A DNA stretch of 64,000 nucleotides from an uncultured Acidobacteriota bacterium (GCA_963720545.1 OY970399.1:1664001-1728000), one strand, 5' to 3'. Positions 10,011 to 19,541 are shown, counted from the stretch's first letter. Made by a program: numbers and translations. The notes: generated by a model not told the origin, from the letters alone.

Positions 10011-11495
10011 ATGGACCTGCTCGACCGACGCGCCTGCTACCGCGCCTTGCAAACCCACGACGCGCGCTTCGACGGCCGCCTCTTCTTCGGCGTGACTTCG
10101 ACCGGGATCTACTGCCGGCCGGTGTGTCCGGGACGTGCGCCGAAGTTCGAGAACTGCGTCTACTTCGCGTCGGCGGCCGCGGCGCAGGCCGCCGGCTTCC
10201 GGCCATGCCTGCGCTGCCGGCCCGAAACGGCGCCCGACCTCGCGTCGTGGCACGGCACCTCCAACACCGTCTCGCGCGCGCTGGCACTCATCGCCGATGG
10301 CGCTCTCGACGGCGGCGACGCCGGTGTCGCGGCGCTCGGCGAGCGGCTCGGCGTCGGCGATCGGCAGCTGCGCCGCTTGTTCGCGCAGCACCTCGGCGCA
10401 TCACCAGTGGCGGTGGCGCAGACTCGGCGCATCCTGTTCGCGAAACAACTGCTGCAGGAAACCCGCATGCCCATGGCTGCGGTGGCCATGGCCTCCGGCT
10501 TCGGCAGCATCCGCCGCTTCAACGAGACGTTCCGCACGATGTTCCGCCGCGCGCCGAGCGCGCTGCGCCGACTCGACCGCATCAAGGAACCGGCCGGTCC
10601 CGTGGCCGAGGTGGGTGTGACGCTGCGGCTGCGCTACCACCCGCCTTACGACTGGACCGCGATGCTCGGCTATCTCGACGCCCGCGCGGTGGCGGGCGTC
10701 GAACATGTGGAACGCGGCGTCTATCGCCGCGCGGTGACGGACTCCGGCAAGCTCGGCACCGTCGAGGTTCGCCACGAACCGGCGGCGCACAACCTGGCGA
10801 TGACCGTGCGCTTCCCTGAAGTGCGCTCTCTGCCGGCAATCGTCGCGCGCGTGCGGCGCGTGTTCGACCTCGGCGCCGACATCGCGACCATCGAGACGCA
10901 CCTGTCGCAAGACCCGTTCCTGGCGCCCCTCGTCGCGATGCATCCCGGCTTGCGGGCGCCGGGCGGATGGGACGGCTTCGAGCTCGCGGTGCGCGCCGTC
11001 CTCGGCCAGCAGATCTCCGTGGGCGCCGCGCGCATTCTGGCCGGCAAGCTGACGGCGCTTTGCGGCGAGCCACTGAAGGCGCCGAGCGGCTTCCCCGCCA
11101 TCACGCGCGCCTTCCCCACCGCGAAGCGCGTGGCCGCCGCCGACCTGCGTGCGCTCGGCATGCCGCAATCGCGCCGCGACGCGCTGCTCGCGCTGGCGCA
11201 GGCCGCGATGGACGACCCGCAGCTCTTCAAGCCGTTCGGCACGGTGGAAGAGGCGATCGCGCGGCTGCGCCAGATTCACGGCGTCGGCGAGTGGACCGCG
11301 CAGTACATCGCGCTGCGGGCGCTGCGGGAAACCGATGCCTTCCCGGCAAGCGACATCGGCCTGCTGCGCGGCGCCGCCGATGCGGGCGTGCGTCCGCTGC
11401 CCGCGCAACTGCTCGAGCGCGCCGAGCCGTGGCGCCCGTGGCGCGCGTATGCTGCGCAGCATCTGTGGGCCGCCGACCAGGGAGTGTCTCGATGA
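10011..11495 (+). CDS. alkA: AdaA-AlkA fusion (Ada Zn-binding, AraC HTH, 3-methyladenine DNA glycosylase II)
   Basis: STGIYCRPVC, GFRPCLRCRP, GVGEWTAQY, DAFPASD, WRPWRAYA; alternative start at 9960. Confidence 0.92.
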   Translation: MDLLDRRACYRALQTHDARFDGRLFFGVTSTGIYCRPVCPGRAPKFENCVYFASAAAAQAAGFRPCLRCRPETAPDLASWHGTSNTVSRALALIADGALDGGDAGVAALGERLGVGDRQLRRLFAQHLGASPVAVAQTRRILFAKQLLQETRMPMAAVAMASGFGSIRRFNETFRTMFRRAPSALRRLDRIKEPAGPVAEVGVTLRLRYHPPYDWTAMLGYLDARAVAGVEHVERGVYRRAVTDSGKLGTVEVRHEPAAHNLAMTVRFPEVRSLPAIVARVRRVFDLGADIATIETHLSQDPFLAPLVAMHPGLRAPGGWDGFELAVRAVLGQQISVGAARILAGKLTALCGEPLKAPSGFPAITRAFPTAKRVAAADLRALGMPQSRRDALLALAQAAMDDPQLFKPFGTVEEAIARLRQIHGVGEWTAQYIALRALRETDAFPASDIGLLRGAADAGVRPLPAQLLERAEPWRPWRAYAAQHLWAADQGVSR

Positions 11496-12307
11496 CCCAA
11501 CGCAACGACCACGCCGCCGCCTTTCACGCGCTGCATCACGACGGCCTGCTGATCCTGCCCAACGCGTGGGATGCCGGCAGCGCGCGTCTCGTCGAGAGCC
11601 TCGGCGCACGCGCCATCGCAACGACCAGCGCGGGCGTCGCCTGGTCGCACGGCTACGCCGACGGCAACAACCTGCCGATCGAGCTGCTCACGATCACGGT
11701 GAAGACCATCGTGCGCGCGGTCAGCATCCCGGTGAGCGTCGATTTCGAGGGCGGCTACTCCGACGATCCGGCCGCGGTCGAGCGCAACATCGCGCCGATC
11801 CTCGACGCCGGCGGCGTCGGCATCAACATCGAAGACGGCCATGGCGACCCGTCGCTGCTCTGCGCCAAGATCGAAGCCGTGAAGCGCGCCGCATCACGCT
11901 CCGGCACTTCGTTGTTCGTGAACGCCCGCACCGACGTCTACCTTCGCGAGCTGGTTGGCGCCGAGCTGGCCCTCGAAGAAACGCTGGCGCGCGCGAAGCG
12001 CTACCAGGACGCCGGCGCCGACGGCCTGTTCGTCCCCTGGGTATACGACGACAACACCATTCGCCAGCTGGCCACGGGCACTCCCCTTCCCCTCAACGTC
12101 CTCGCGCGCACCGATCTTCCGGCCGCCGACAAGCTGCGCTCCCTCGGCGTGCGGCGCCTCAGTGCCGGCTCCGCCCTCGCGCGCCGTTCCTTCGACAACA
12201 CAGGCGCCCTCGCCACCCGCTTCCTCAAAACCGGCGAATCGGAAGGCATGGTCGACGGCCCCCTCACCCACGCCGTCATCAACACCCTGGGTTGGCCCCC
12301 GCCTTAG
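11492..12307 (+). CDS. Isocitrate lyase/PEP mutase family protein
   Basis: LPNAWDAGSA, ATTSAG, DFEGGY, GINIED, NARTD; ATGA overlap with alkA. Confidence 0.88.
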   Translation: MTQRNDHAAAFHALHHDGLLILPNAWDAGSARLVESLGARAIATTSAGVAWSHGYADGNNLPIELLTITVKTIVRAVSIPVSVDFEGGYSDDPAAVERNIAPILDAGGVGINIEDGHGDPSLLCAKIEAVKRAASRSGTSLFVNARTDVYLRELVGAELALEETLARAKRYQDAGADGLFVPWVYDDNTIRQLATGTPLPLNVLARTDLPAADKLRSLGVRRLSAGSALARRSFDNTGALATRFLKTGESEGMVDGPLTHAVINTLGWPPP

Positions 12308-12417
12308 TCATCGACGGATTGCCGGTCGTTCGCATCCAATCCGTCGATTTCGTTCCTCCGTTCTTTTCCCAGGCGCTTGCGTCAACGTCCGTTCCCTTCC
12401 CGCCATTCCGATCTCCT

Positions 12418-12441
12418 GCTACTGCGTCCGGACGCAGTAGC
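12418..12441. repeat. 24-bp perfect palindrome with GTAG end (REP-like)
   Basis: GCTACTGCGTCCGGACGCAGTAGC, with a partial second copy at 12445-12457. Confidence 0.7.
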
Positions 12442-12519
12442 TATGTCCGGACGCAGTGGGATCCCTCGGTCGTGGCGCAAGCGCTGCGCTCCTCGGGAAA
12501 ACGGAACTGAGTAGCAGCC

Positions 12520-12688
12520 GCCGCAGGCGACTCGCGCGGAACTGAATCCCTCTCGATCCGACACGACTGAGCGCAGCGAAGGAGAGGCGGTCTTTGCGGA
12601 GGATTCGATTACGTCGGCGAGGAGCCGCAGGCGACTCGCGCGGAACTGAATCCCTCTCGATCCGACACGACTGAGCGCAGCGAAGGAG
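12520..12688. repeat. 65-bp direct repeat (2 copies) abutting the tRNA-Ser(GGA) 3' end
   Basis: 12520-12584 is identical to 12624-12688; period 104 bp. Confidence 0.9.
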
Positions 12689-12778
12689 TGGCGGAGAGAG
12701 AGGGATTCGAACCCTCGGTAGAGTTACCCCTACACGTGATTTCCAGTCACGCCGATTCAGCCGCTCTCGCATCTCTCC
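12689..12778 (-). tRNA. tRNA-Ser (GGA)
   Basis: GGAGAGA acceptor, CGTGA-CT-GGA-AA-TCACG anticodon arm, long variable arm, GGTTCGAATCC, encoded CCA. Confidence 0.97.
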
Positions 12779-12861
12779 GCAAGCAGAAATGGCGCTGAAA
12801 CGAAGGGCGATTGTAACAGCCTGGCGGCGGACAGCTTTGTAATACACTCGAACGGAACACC

Positions 12862-13887
12862 ATGAGCACCATGAAGGCGGTCGGCTACATCGAAAGCCGG
12901 CCGATCAGCGACGAGCGCTCGCTGTTCGACTTCGAGGCGCCGAAGCCGATTCCCGGGCCGCGCGACGTGCTGGTGAAGATCGAGGCAATCTCGGTCAACC
13001 CCATCGACACCAAGGTGCGCAAGCGCAAGGCAGGGACCGCCGAGAGCCCGGTGATACTTGGCTGGGACGCGGCCGGCACCGTCGAGACGATCGGTGCCAA
13101 CGTCACCCGCTTCGCAATCGGCGACCACATTTACTACGCCGGCAACTCGCTGCGGCCGGGCAGCAACGCCGAGTACGGCCTGGTCGACGAGCGCATCGCC
13201 GGCCACATGCCGACGACCATCTCGTTCGCACACGCCGCGGCCCTGCCGCTGACCGCGTTGACCGCATGGGAGTGCCTGTTCGACCGCCTGCTGGTGCCGG
13301 CGCGCAAGACGCACAGCGGCGACGCCATCGTCATCATCGGCGCGGCCGGCGGCGTCGGCTCGATCGCCGTGCAGATCGCGCGGCGGCTCACCGGGCTCAC
13401 GGTGATCGGCACCGCGTCGCGTCCGGAATCGCGCGACTGGGTGCGGGCGCTCGGCGCCCACAAGGTCATCGACCACTCGAAGCCGCTCGCGGACGGCCTG
13501 GCGCGCGCCGGCCTCGGCGCGGCGCGCTACGTGCTGTCGCTCACCCACACCCACGAGCACTGGGACGAGATCGTCAAGATCCTGGCGCCGCAGGGCGACA
13601 TCTGCCTCATCGACGATCCGGCGGAGCCGCTCGACGTGATGAAGCTGAAGAGCAAGTCGGGCGCCTTGCACATAGAGCTGATGATGACGCGCTCCACCTT
13701 CCAGACGCCGGACATGGAACAGCAGGGATTCATCCTCGACGAGGTCGCGGCGATGGTCGACGAGGGGCTGTTGAAGACCACGTTCGGCGCGAACTTCGGC
13801 GTCGTCAACGCCGCTAACCTGCGGCGCGCGCATGCCGCGATCGAGTCGCACCGCACCGTCGGCAAGATCGTCCTGTGCGGCTTCTGA
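12862..13887 (+). CDS. Zinc-binding alcohol dehydrogenase / quinone oxidoreductase family
   Basis: SVNPIDTK, LGWDAAG, AAALPLTALTAWE, GAAGGVGS. Confidence 0.9.
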   Translation: MSTMKAVGYIESRPISDERSLFDFEAPKPIPGPRDVLVKIEAISVNPIDTKVRKRKAGTAESPVILGWDAAGTVETIGANVTRFAIGDHIYYAGNSLRPGSNAEYGLVDERIAGHMPTTISFAHAAALPLTALTAWECLFDRLLVPARKTHSGDAIVIIGAAGGVGSIAVQIARRLTGLTVIGTASRPESRDWVRALGAHKVIDHSKPLADGLARAGLGAARYVLSLTHTHEHWDEIVKILAPQGDICLIDDPAEPLDVMKLKSKSGALHIELMMTRSTFQTPDMEQQGFILDEVAAMVDEGLLKTTFGANFGVVNAANLRRAHAAIESHRTVGKIVLCGF

Positions 13888-14405
13888 TCCTCGCGGGCGT
13901 GCTCGCTGCAAGCATTGCATGCCGCACCGGAGAGGCGCCGCCGCCGGCCGCGCAAGCTTCGGCTGCGCCCAGCGCCCCCGCCTGGACGGTGACCGACGCC
14001 GGCGTCGGGCCGGTGGCGATCGGGATGACCGACATCGAGCTGCGCACCGCAACCGTCGATCGCGTGGAGAAGCCCGACCTCGAGGCCGGCTGTTCGATGG
14101 TGCGGCTCCTCGATGCGCCGGGCGACGTGCTTGCGATGGTCGCCGATCAGCATGTGGCGCGCATCGACGTACTCACCCCTGGCGTGCGCACCGTGGAAAA
14201 CATCGGCATCGGCGACAGCGAGGCGCAGGTCCGGGCGGCCTACACAAAGGTTGCGGTGCAGCCGCACAAGTACACCGACGGGCACTATCTCAGCGTACAG
14301 CGACCGAACAAGCTCCGGCTGGTGTTCGAGACCGACGGCAATGTGGTGACCCGCTACCGCTTCGGCGCGGTGCCCCAGGTGGATTGGGTCGAGGGCTGTT
14401 CCTGA
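13875..14405 (+). CDS. Hypothetical lipoprotein
   Basis: Lipobox-like signal MRLLILAGVLAASIA-C; protein-like composition. Confidence 0.7.
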   Translation: MRLLILAGVLAASIACRTGEAPPPAAQASAAPSAPAWTVTDAGVGPVAIGMTDIELRTATVDRVEKPDLEAGCSMVRLLDAPGDVLAMVADQHVARIDVLTPGVRTVENIGIGDSEAQVRAAYTKVAVQPHKYTDGHYLSVQRPNKLRLVFETDGNVVTRYRFGAVPQVDWVEGCS

Positions 14406-14453
14406 AAAAGGAACTGAGCTCCTCCCCGCCCCCCGGCAGGAAGGAGCTCAGTT
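14406..14453 (-). terminator. Intrinsic terminator between convergent genes
   Basis: 13-bp inverted repeat GAACTGAGCTCCT/AGGAGCTCAGTTC with a T-run on the minus strand. Confidence 0.7.
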
Positions 14454-14502
14454 CACAGGGGCTGCCACGCGCGCGGGGCAGCTTGTGACAACGTCCGAGC
14501 AG

Positions 14503-15045
14503 CTAGCTTTTCGAGTCTGCGATCGTTACTTCGCTCGACACGCGCTTCACGCCCTTGACTGCACGCGCCGCCTCGATCGCGTAGAGGTGCGCATCGACGC
14601 TCTTCGCGCTGCCCTTCAGCAGCACCACGCCGTCGTTGACCGAAGCCACCGAGACGCCGCTGTCGGCGAGCTTCTTGTCGGTCTTCCAGGCGCGCTCGAG
14701 GCCCGACTTCAGCGCGTCGTCATTGGCCTCCACGGCATTGCTCTCCGCCTGCGCCACCACCTGCAGCAGGTTCTTGACGCTGGCCACGCCCTCGATGCCC
14801 TTCGCGACTTCCTCGGCCTTCGCCTTCTCCGCGTCGGTCGGCACTTTGCCGTGCAGCGTGACGACGCCGTTCACGGTGTCGACGTTGAGCCCGAACGCGC
14901 GCACGCCGTCGGTCGTCATCAGGGCGATCTTCGTCTTGGTGGTGAGCCACGCGTCCTTCGCCGTGTCGGCGAGAACCGCGGTCGCGGCGCCGGCGCTGAG
15001 AGCGAGCGCCAGGAAGGATGCGGCAAATGCCTTGTGAATCTTCAT
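14503..15045 (-). CDS. Dual-BON-domain periplasmic protein (OsmY-like)
   Basis: Signal peptide; DAWLTTKTK, NVDTVNGVVTLHG, GVASVKNLL; AAGGAG RBS. Confidence 0.9.
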   Translation of the reverse strand: MKIHKAFAASFLALALSAGAATAVLADTAKDAWLTTKTKIALMTTDGVRAFGLNVDTVNGVVTLHGKVPTDAEKAKAEEVAKGIEGVASVKNLLQVVAQAESNAVEANDDALKSGLERAWKTDKKLADSGVSVASVNDGVVLLKGSAKSVDAHLYAIEAARAVKGVKRVSSEVTIADSKS

Positions 15046-15248
15046 GAATGAGTCTCCTTAAGAATCTGCACGTCGGAAAACCTCTTCAATAGCAAGATCC
15101 AGTCCCGGGCATACCGTTTCGTAAGTTGCTTCGCTTCAGCACTTAAACCCAGCCGCTGGCCAGCCTGGGCCTCCGGCTTCGGCGGCCCTTTCTACATTCG
15201 TCCCGAGCAGCCACGCGGCTATCTTCTTTGAAGCACGCGACTTGCGGC

Positions 15249-15264
15249 TGGTCCCGATGTTGCT
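15249..15264 (+). promoter_or_regulatory. Putative sigma54 promoter upstream of a small ORF and csbD
   Basis: TGGTCCCGATGTTGCT, GG-N10-GC spacing. Confidence 0.55.
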
Positions 15265-15276
15265 TCGTCAGTGAGC

Positions 15277-15441
15277 ATGGCGATTCGTTCGCAAGCCGGA
15301 ACGCCCGTACCCGGTCGGCCGCCGGGAGATCCTCTGCCAGGACCCGACCGGCCGGTTCCGCCGTTGCCGCCCGACGAGCCGACGCCGCCGCCGGTCGACG
15401 ATCCACCGGCCGAACCGAAGCCGCCGTACACCGTCCGTTGA
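15277..15441 (+). CDS. 54-aa Pro-rich small protein (not in ORF track)
   Basis: MAIRSQAGTPVPGRPPGDPLPGPDRPVPPLPPDEPTPPPVDDPPAEPKPPYTVR; lies between the promoter and csbD. Confidence 0.5.
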   Translation: MAIRSQAGTPVPGRPPGDPLPGPDRPVPPLPPDEPTPPPVDDPPAEPKPPYTVR

Positions 15442-15470
15442 ATGAACAAATTGATGATGAGGAGGCAATC

Positions 15471-15722
15471 ATGAACAAGGAAACTCTCGCCGGACAGTGG
15501 CGGCAGCTGAAGGGTGAAGCCAAGGCCAAGTGGGCGAAGCTCACCGACGACGACATCAGCCGCATCGGCGGCAACTACGACAAGCTGGTCGGCAGCCTGC
15601 AGGAGCGCTACGGCTACATGAAGGAAGACGCGATGAATGCGATCGACGAGTGGAGCGACCGCAAGTCCGACTCGATCGCCGGCGACGACACGCAGCCGCT
15701 GCCGCGCAAGAAGCCGGCCTAA
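15471..15722 (+). CDS. csbD: CsbD/YjbJ family stress protein
   Basis: MNKETLAGQWRQLKGEAKAKWAKLTDDD...LQERYG; GAGGAGG RBS. Confidence 0.9.
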   Translation: MNKETLAGQWRQLKGEAKAKWAKLTDDDISRIGGNYDKLVGSLQERYGYMKEDAMNAIDEWSDRKSDSIAGDDTQPLPRKKPA

Positions 15723-15778
15723 GCCCTTCCCACCCTGCACCTTGCTCTGACGGCGCTTAGATGATGTGATCGGTAGCC

Positions 15779-17056
15779 GTGCCTACCGACACCCAACGCG
15801 CCATCGATGCCGTCTGGCGCATCGAAGCGCCGAAGTTGATCGGCGGGCTCACCCGCATCGTTCGCGACGTGGGCCTGGCCGAGGACCTGGCACAGGACGC
15901 TCTGGTCGCTGCGCTACAACAGTGGCCGGACGACGGCATCCCGCGCAACCCGGGCGCCTGGCTCATGGCCGCGGCCAAGAACCGCGCCATCGATCATTTC
16001 CGCCGCGACAAGCTGCTGGCGCGCAAGCACGAGGAGCTGGGGCACGCGGGAGTGCCAGCGGCTGCATCATCTGGCCGGCCCGCGGCCGCGGACATCGAGG
16101 CGGCACTCGACGATCCCGTGGGCGACGACGTCCTTCGGCTGATGTTCATCGCCTGCCATCCAGTGCTGCCCATGGAAGCGCGCGTCGCGCTCACCCTGCG
16201 CCTCGTCGGCGGCCTCACCACCGCGGAGATCGCGCGCGCCTTCCTTTCGTCGGAACCGACGATCGCGCAGCGCATCGTCCGCGCCAAGCGCACGCTCGCC
16301 GAAAAACAGGTGCCGTTCGAGACGCCGCAGGGCGAGGAGCTGAAGGGCCGCATCGACGCGGTGCTGGGCGTCGTCTACCTCGTCTTCAACGAAGGCTATG
16401 CCGCGACGGCGGGCGACGAGTGGATGCGCCAGCCGCTCTGCGACGACGCGTTGCGCCTGGGGCGCATCCTGGCGGAACTCGTGCCCAATGAGTCTGAGGT
16501 GCTGGGCCTCGTGGCGCTGATGGAGATCCAGTCGTCGCGGGCCCGGGCGCGCGTCTCACCCACCGGCGAACCCATATTGCTGCTCGACCAGAACCGCGGC
16601 CAGTGGGATCAGCTTCTCATTCACCGCGGCCTCACCGCGCTCGACCGCGCGCTGCGCCTCGCAGGCAACACGCCTGGTTCGTACACGCTGCAGGCCGCCA
16701 TCGCCGCATGCCACGCGCGCGCGACGACGGCGGCCGAAACCGACTGGAGCCGAATCGCGGCACTCTACGCTCAGCTCGCGCAAATAGCGCCGTCGCCAGT
16801 GGTCCACCTCAACCGCGCGGTGGCGGTGAGCATGGCGGACGGTCCGCAAGCCGGGCTCGACATCGTCGAGGAATTGCTCGCCGAGCCGGCGCTGCGCGGT
16901 TATCACCTGCTGCCCACCGTCCGCGGTGACCTGCTGTCGAAGCTGGGGCGCTTCGCGGAAGCACGGCCGGAGTTCGAGAAAGCCGCGTCGCTGACGCGCA
17001 ACGCGCGCGAGCGTGCGGTGTTGCTGGAGCGGGCACGTGGCTGCGCCAGATCGTGA
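15779..17056 (+). CDS. ECF sigma factor with C-terminal TPR extension (ECF42-like)
   Basis: LAEDLAQDA, LRLMFIACHP, AQRIVRAK, YLVFNEGY, LQAAIAACH, VVHLNRAVA. Confidence 0.9.
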   Translation: MPTDTQRAIDAVWRIEAPKLIGGLTRIVRDVGLAEDLAQDALVAALQQWPDDGIPRNPGAWLMAAAKNRAIDHFRRDKLLARKHEELGHAGVPAAASSGRPAAADIEAALDDPVGDDVLRLMFIACHPVLPMEARVALTLRLVGGLTTAEIARAFLSSEPTIAQRIVRAKRTLAEKQVPFETPQGEELKGRIDAVLGVVYLVFNEGYAATAGDEWMRQPLCDDALRLGRILAELVPNESEVLGLVALMEIQSSRARARVSPTGEPILLLDQNRGQWDQLLIHRGLTALDRALRLAGNTPGSYTLQAAIAACHARATTAAETDWSRIAALYAQLAQIAPSPVVHLNRAVAVSMADGPQAGLDIVEELLAEPALRGYHLLPTVRGDLLSKLGRFAEARPEFEKAASLTRNARERAVLLERARGCARS

Positions 17057-17159
17057 AGCTCGACGTCAAGACGCTGGAAAAGGCCGATAAAGCCGCGTAG
17101 CACAGCGATTTTTCGCGAAGACAAAGTCGGGAGTCCCGGAGTTAAGATCGTGAAACTCC

Positions 17160-17540
17160 ATGGACCTGGCGTACCTTAGATTCTGCGGCACGCCCGCGTT
17201 CGGGCGAGACGGGCTACGCCGTGCGCTCGACGCTCCAGCCGTAAATCCAGCACCGCTGTTCGCGATTCCGGCGTTCCCCGCGATGGTCCTCGAACGGGCT
17301 GGCCTCGACCCCCGCTGCTACCGCGACGTGCCGCTGGCGCGCCGCACCGCCGCTTGTGTGCGCGCGCTGCGCGCGCCTTCTGTCGGCGCGGCCGGAGAGC
17401 GCCGCGCGGCCGAGATTCTCACGCGCATCTCGTCGCAGCTGGCGCCGCGGGGACTGCTGGTCGTCGGCAAGGCGGAGCGCCCGCCGGCGGCGCTGCCGCT
17501 GCGCAGCCTTGCCCGCTGCATCTACCAGACCCATGGTTAG
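17160..17540 (+). pseudogene. CheR-like remnant: N- and C-terminal parts joined, SAM-binding core missing
   Basis: GLDPRCYRDVPLARR resembles the CheR N-domain and LAPRGLLVVGKAE the CheR C-terminus; only 126 aa. Confidence 0.55.
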
Positions 17541-19539
17541 GCCGCGCCTGGCGCTGCCGCGCCGCCCCTCGCGCGTGCTCGGCGCCGCCATCAGCATGGC
17601 GCTGGTGCTCGTGTGGGCCTACGTGCGCCTGGTGTTGTTCGAAACCACGATGTTCCCGCTCACCTACGCGATCCCGCTGCTCTTCTGCGTCTGGACCTGC
17701 GACCGCATCGCCCTCTGGCTGATGACGGCGAGCTTCGTGGCTATGCACGCCGCGAAGGTGTTCTGGGTGATGCCGCCAAGCGCGGTGCCGGCCGGCGATC
17801 CCTGGGTCAACTTCATCGCCACCGCGCTCAACATCGTCGCCTCCGCCGCTGCGGTGCACGCGATCATCGCGCTGCGGGAGCGGCTGGAGACTGCAGTGCA
17901 CGAGGTGACGTCGCAAGGCGAGGAACTGGAGCAGCAGAACGAGGAGCTGCAGTCGCAGTCGGAGGAGATCGGCGCGCTCAACACGGCGCTCGAGCGCCGC
18001 GAGCTGCTGCTCGAGACGCTGCTCGACACGGCGCGGCTGTCAGGCAGCGAACAGGCAGCGGTGCAGCACATTGCCGCGGCCGCGCTCGACCTGTTCGGCG
18101 ACCTCGCCGGCGGGGCCGCGGTGTACGAGAACAACGGCGACACCCTGCGCTGCCACACATCGACGAGCGAGCTCGCCGCCGACGCGCAGGACGGCTTCGC
18201 GGCGGTCGTCCTGCAACAAAACCGCGCCGCCGCCCTCAACGACGTCTCGCTGCGCCCCGACCTCGCGTTCCCTGCCGCCGCGGGACAGCCGCCGGTGCGT
18301 TCGGCCCTGTGCGCCCCGATCGCCTTCGACAACCAGGTCGCCGGAGTGTTCTCGATCTACGGCACGCGCGTGCACGACTGGAGCGACGAGGAATTCCGCC
18401 TCGCGATGTGGCTGGCCGACCAGAGCGCGCGCGCCCTGCACGCCATCCGCGTCCAGGCAGGCCTGCGCGATGCCGATCACCGCAAGGGCGAGTTCCTGGC
18501 GACGCTGTCGCACGAGCTGCGCAACCCGCTGGCGCCCATCCGCTACGCGGTGGAGCTGATCGAACAGGGGCCGGCGCAGCAGGGCACCGCCGTGCGCATC
18601 ATGCGCCGCCAGCTGCAACAGCTGGTCCGTCTGGTCGACGACCTCCTGGACGCGACCCGCGTATCGCGCAACAAAGTGCAGGTGCGCAAGAGCCGCGCCG
18701 ATTTCGGCGCGGTCGTACAGCACGCGATCGACGCGTCGCGCGCCGACATCGAGCTTGCCGGCCACGTTCTCGACGTGGACATGCCGCGGCAACCGGTCTG
18801 GCTCGAAGCCGACCCGGAACGCCTGGCGCAGGTGGTCGCGAATTTGCTCAACAACGCCACGCGCTACACACCCCGAGGCGGCCGGGTGGGCGTCAGTGTC
18901 GAAGCACTGCCCGGCGAGGTGCGGCTGCGGGTCACCGACACCGGTGTCGGCATCGAGCCCAGGAACCTCAGTCGCATCTTCGAGATGTTCACGCAGGTGG
19001 GCGGACCAGGCAGCGGCGGGCTCGGCATCGGCCTCGCGATCGTGCGCGGCATCATCGACCTGCACGGCGGCACGGTCGAGGCGCACAGCGAGGGAGTCGG
19101 CCACGGCAGCCAGTTCGTGGTGACGCTGCCGCGCTCGGCCACGGCAGCGGAAGCCGGCGGCACCGCCACCACCAGGATCGTTGCGCCTGTGGCGCGCCGC
19201 GTGCTGGTCGTGGACGACAACACCGACGCCGCCGCGATGCTCGGCGCCTTCCTCGAGCTGCATGGGCACACCGTGTTGATCGCGCACGACGCGCGAGCAG
19301 CGCTGACGGCGGCGGGAGAGGCGGTGCCCGACGTCGCCCTCCTCGACATCGGCCTGCCGGGCATGGACGGCTACGAGCTTGCGCGGCGCCTGCGCGAGGG
19401 CGACGCGACGCGCCACGTGCGCCTCGTCGCGCTCACCGGCTGGGGTCAGGACGGCGACCGCGCCCGCGCCCGCGAGGCCGGGTTCGACGCGCACCTCACC
19501 AAGCCCGCCGAACCGCACATGATCCTGGGCGTGCTCTAG
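17533..19539 (+). CDS. Membrane hybrid histidine kinase (TM-GAF-HisKA-HATPase-REC)
   Basis: LSHELRNPL, NLLNNA, DTGVG, GLGIGL, VVDDN, LLDIGLPGMDG, KP. Confidence 0.92.
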   Translation: MVRPRLALPRRPSRVLGAAISMALVLVWAYVRLVLFETTMFPLTYAIPLLFCVWTCDRIALWLMTASFVAMHAAKVFWVMPPSAVPAGDPWVNFIATALNIVASAAAVHAIIALRERLETAVHEVTSQGEELEQQNEELQSQSEEIGALNTALERRELLLETLLDTARLSGSEQAAVQHIAAAALDLFGDLAGGAAVYENNGDTLRCHTSTSELAADAQDGFAAVVLQQNRAAALNDVSLRPDLAFPAAAGQPPVRSALCAPIAFDNQVAGVFSIYGTRVHDWSDEEFRLAMWLADQSARALHAIRVQAGLRDADHRKGEFLATLSHELRNPLAPIRYAVELIEQGPAQQGTAVRIMRRQLQQLVRLVDDLLDATRVSRNKVQVRKSRADFGAVVQHAIDASRADIELAGHVLDVDMPRQPVWLEADPERLAQVVANLLNNATRYTPRGGRVGVSVEALPGEVRLRVTDTGVGIEPRNLSRIFEMFTQVGGPGSGGLGIGLAIVRGIIDLHGGTVEAHSEGVGHGSQFVVTLPRSATAAEAGGTATTRIVAPVARRVLVVDDNTDAAAMLGAFLELHGHTVLIAHDARAALTAAGEAVPDVALLDIGLPGMDGYELARRLREGDATRHVRLVALTGWGQDGDRARAREAGFDAHLTKPAEPHMILGVL

Positions 19540-19541
19540 GT

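Noticed and set aside
12418..12688. Possible CRISPR array
   Set aside because: Only two 65-bp copies, no spacer series and no cas genes
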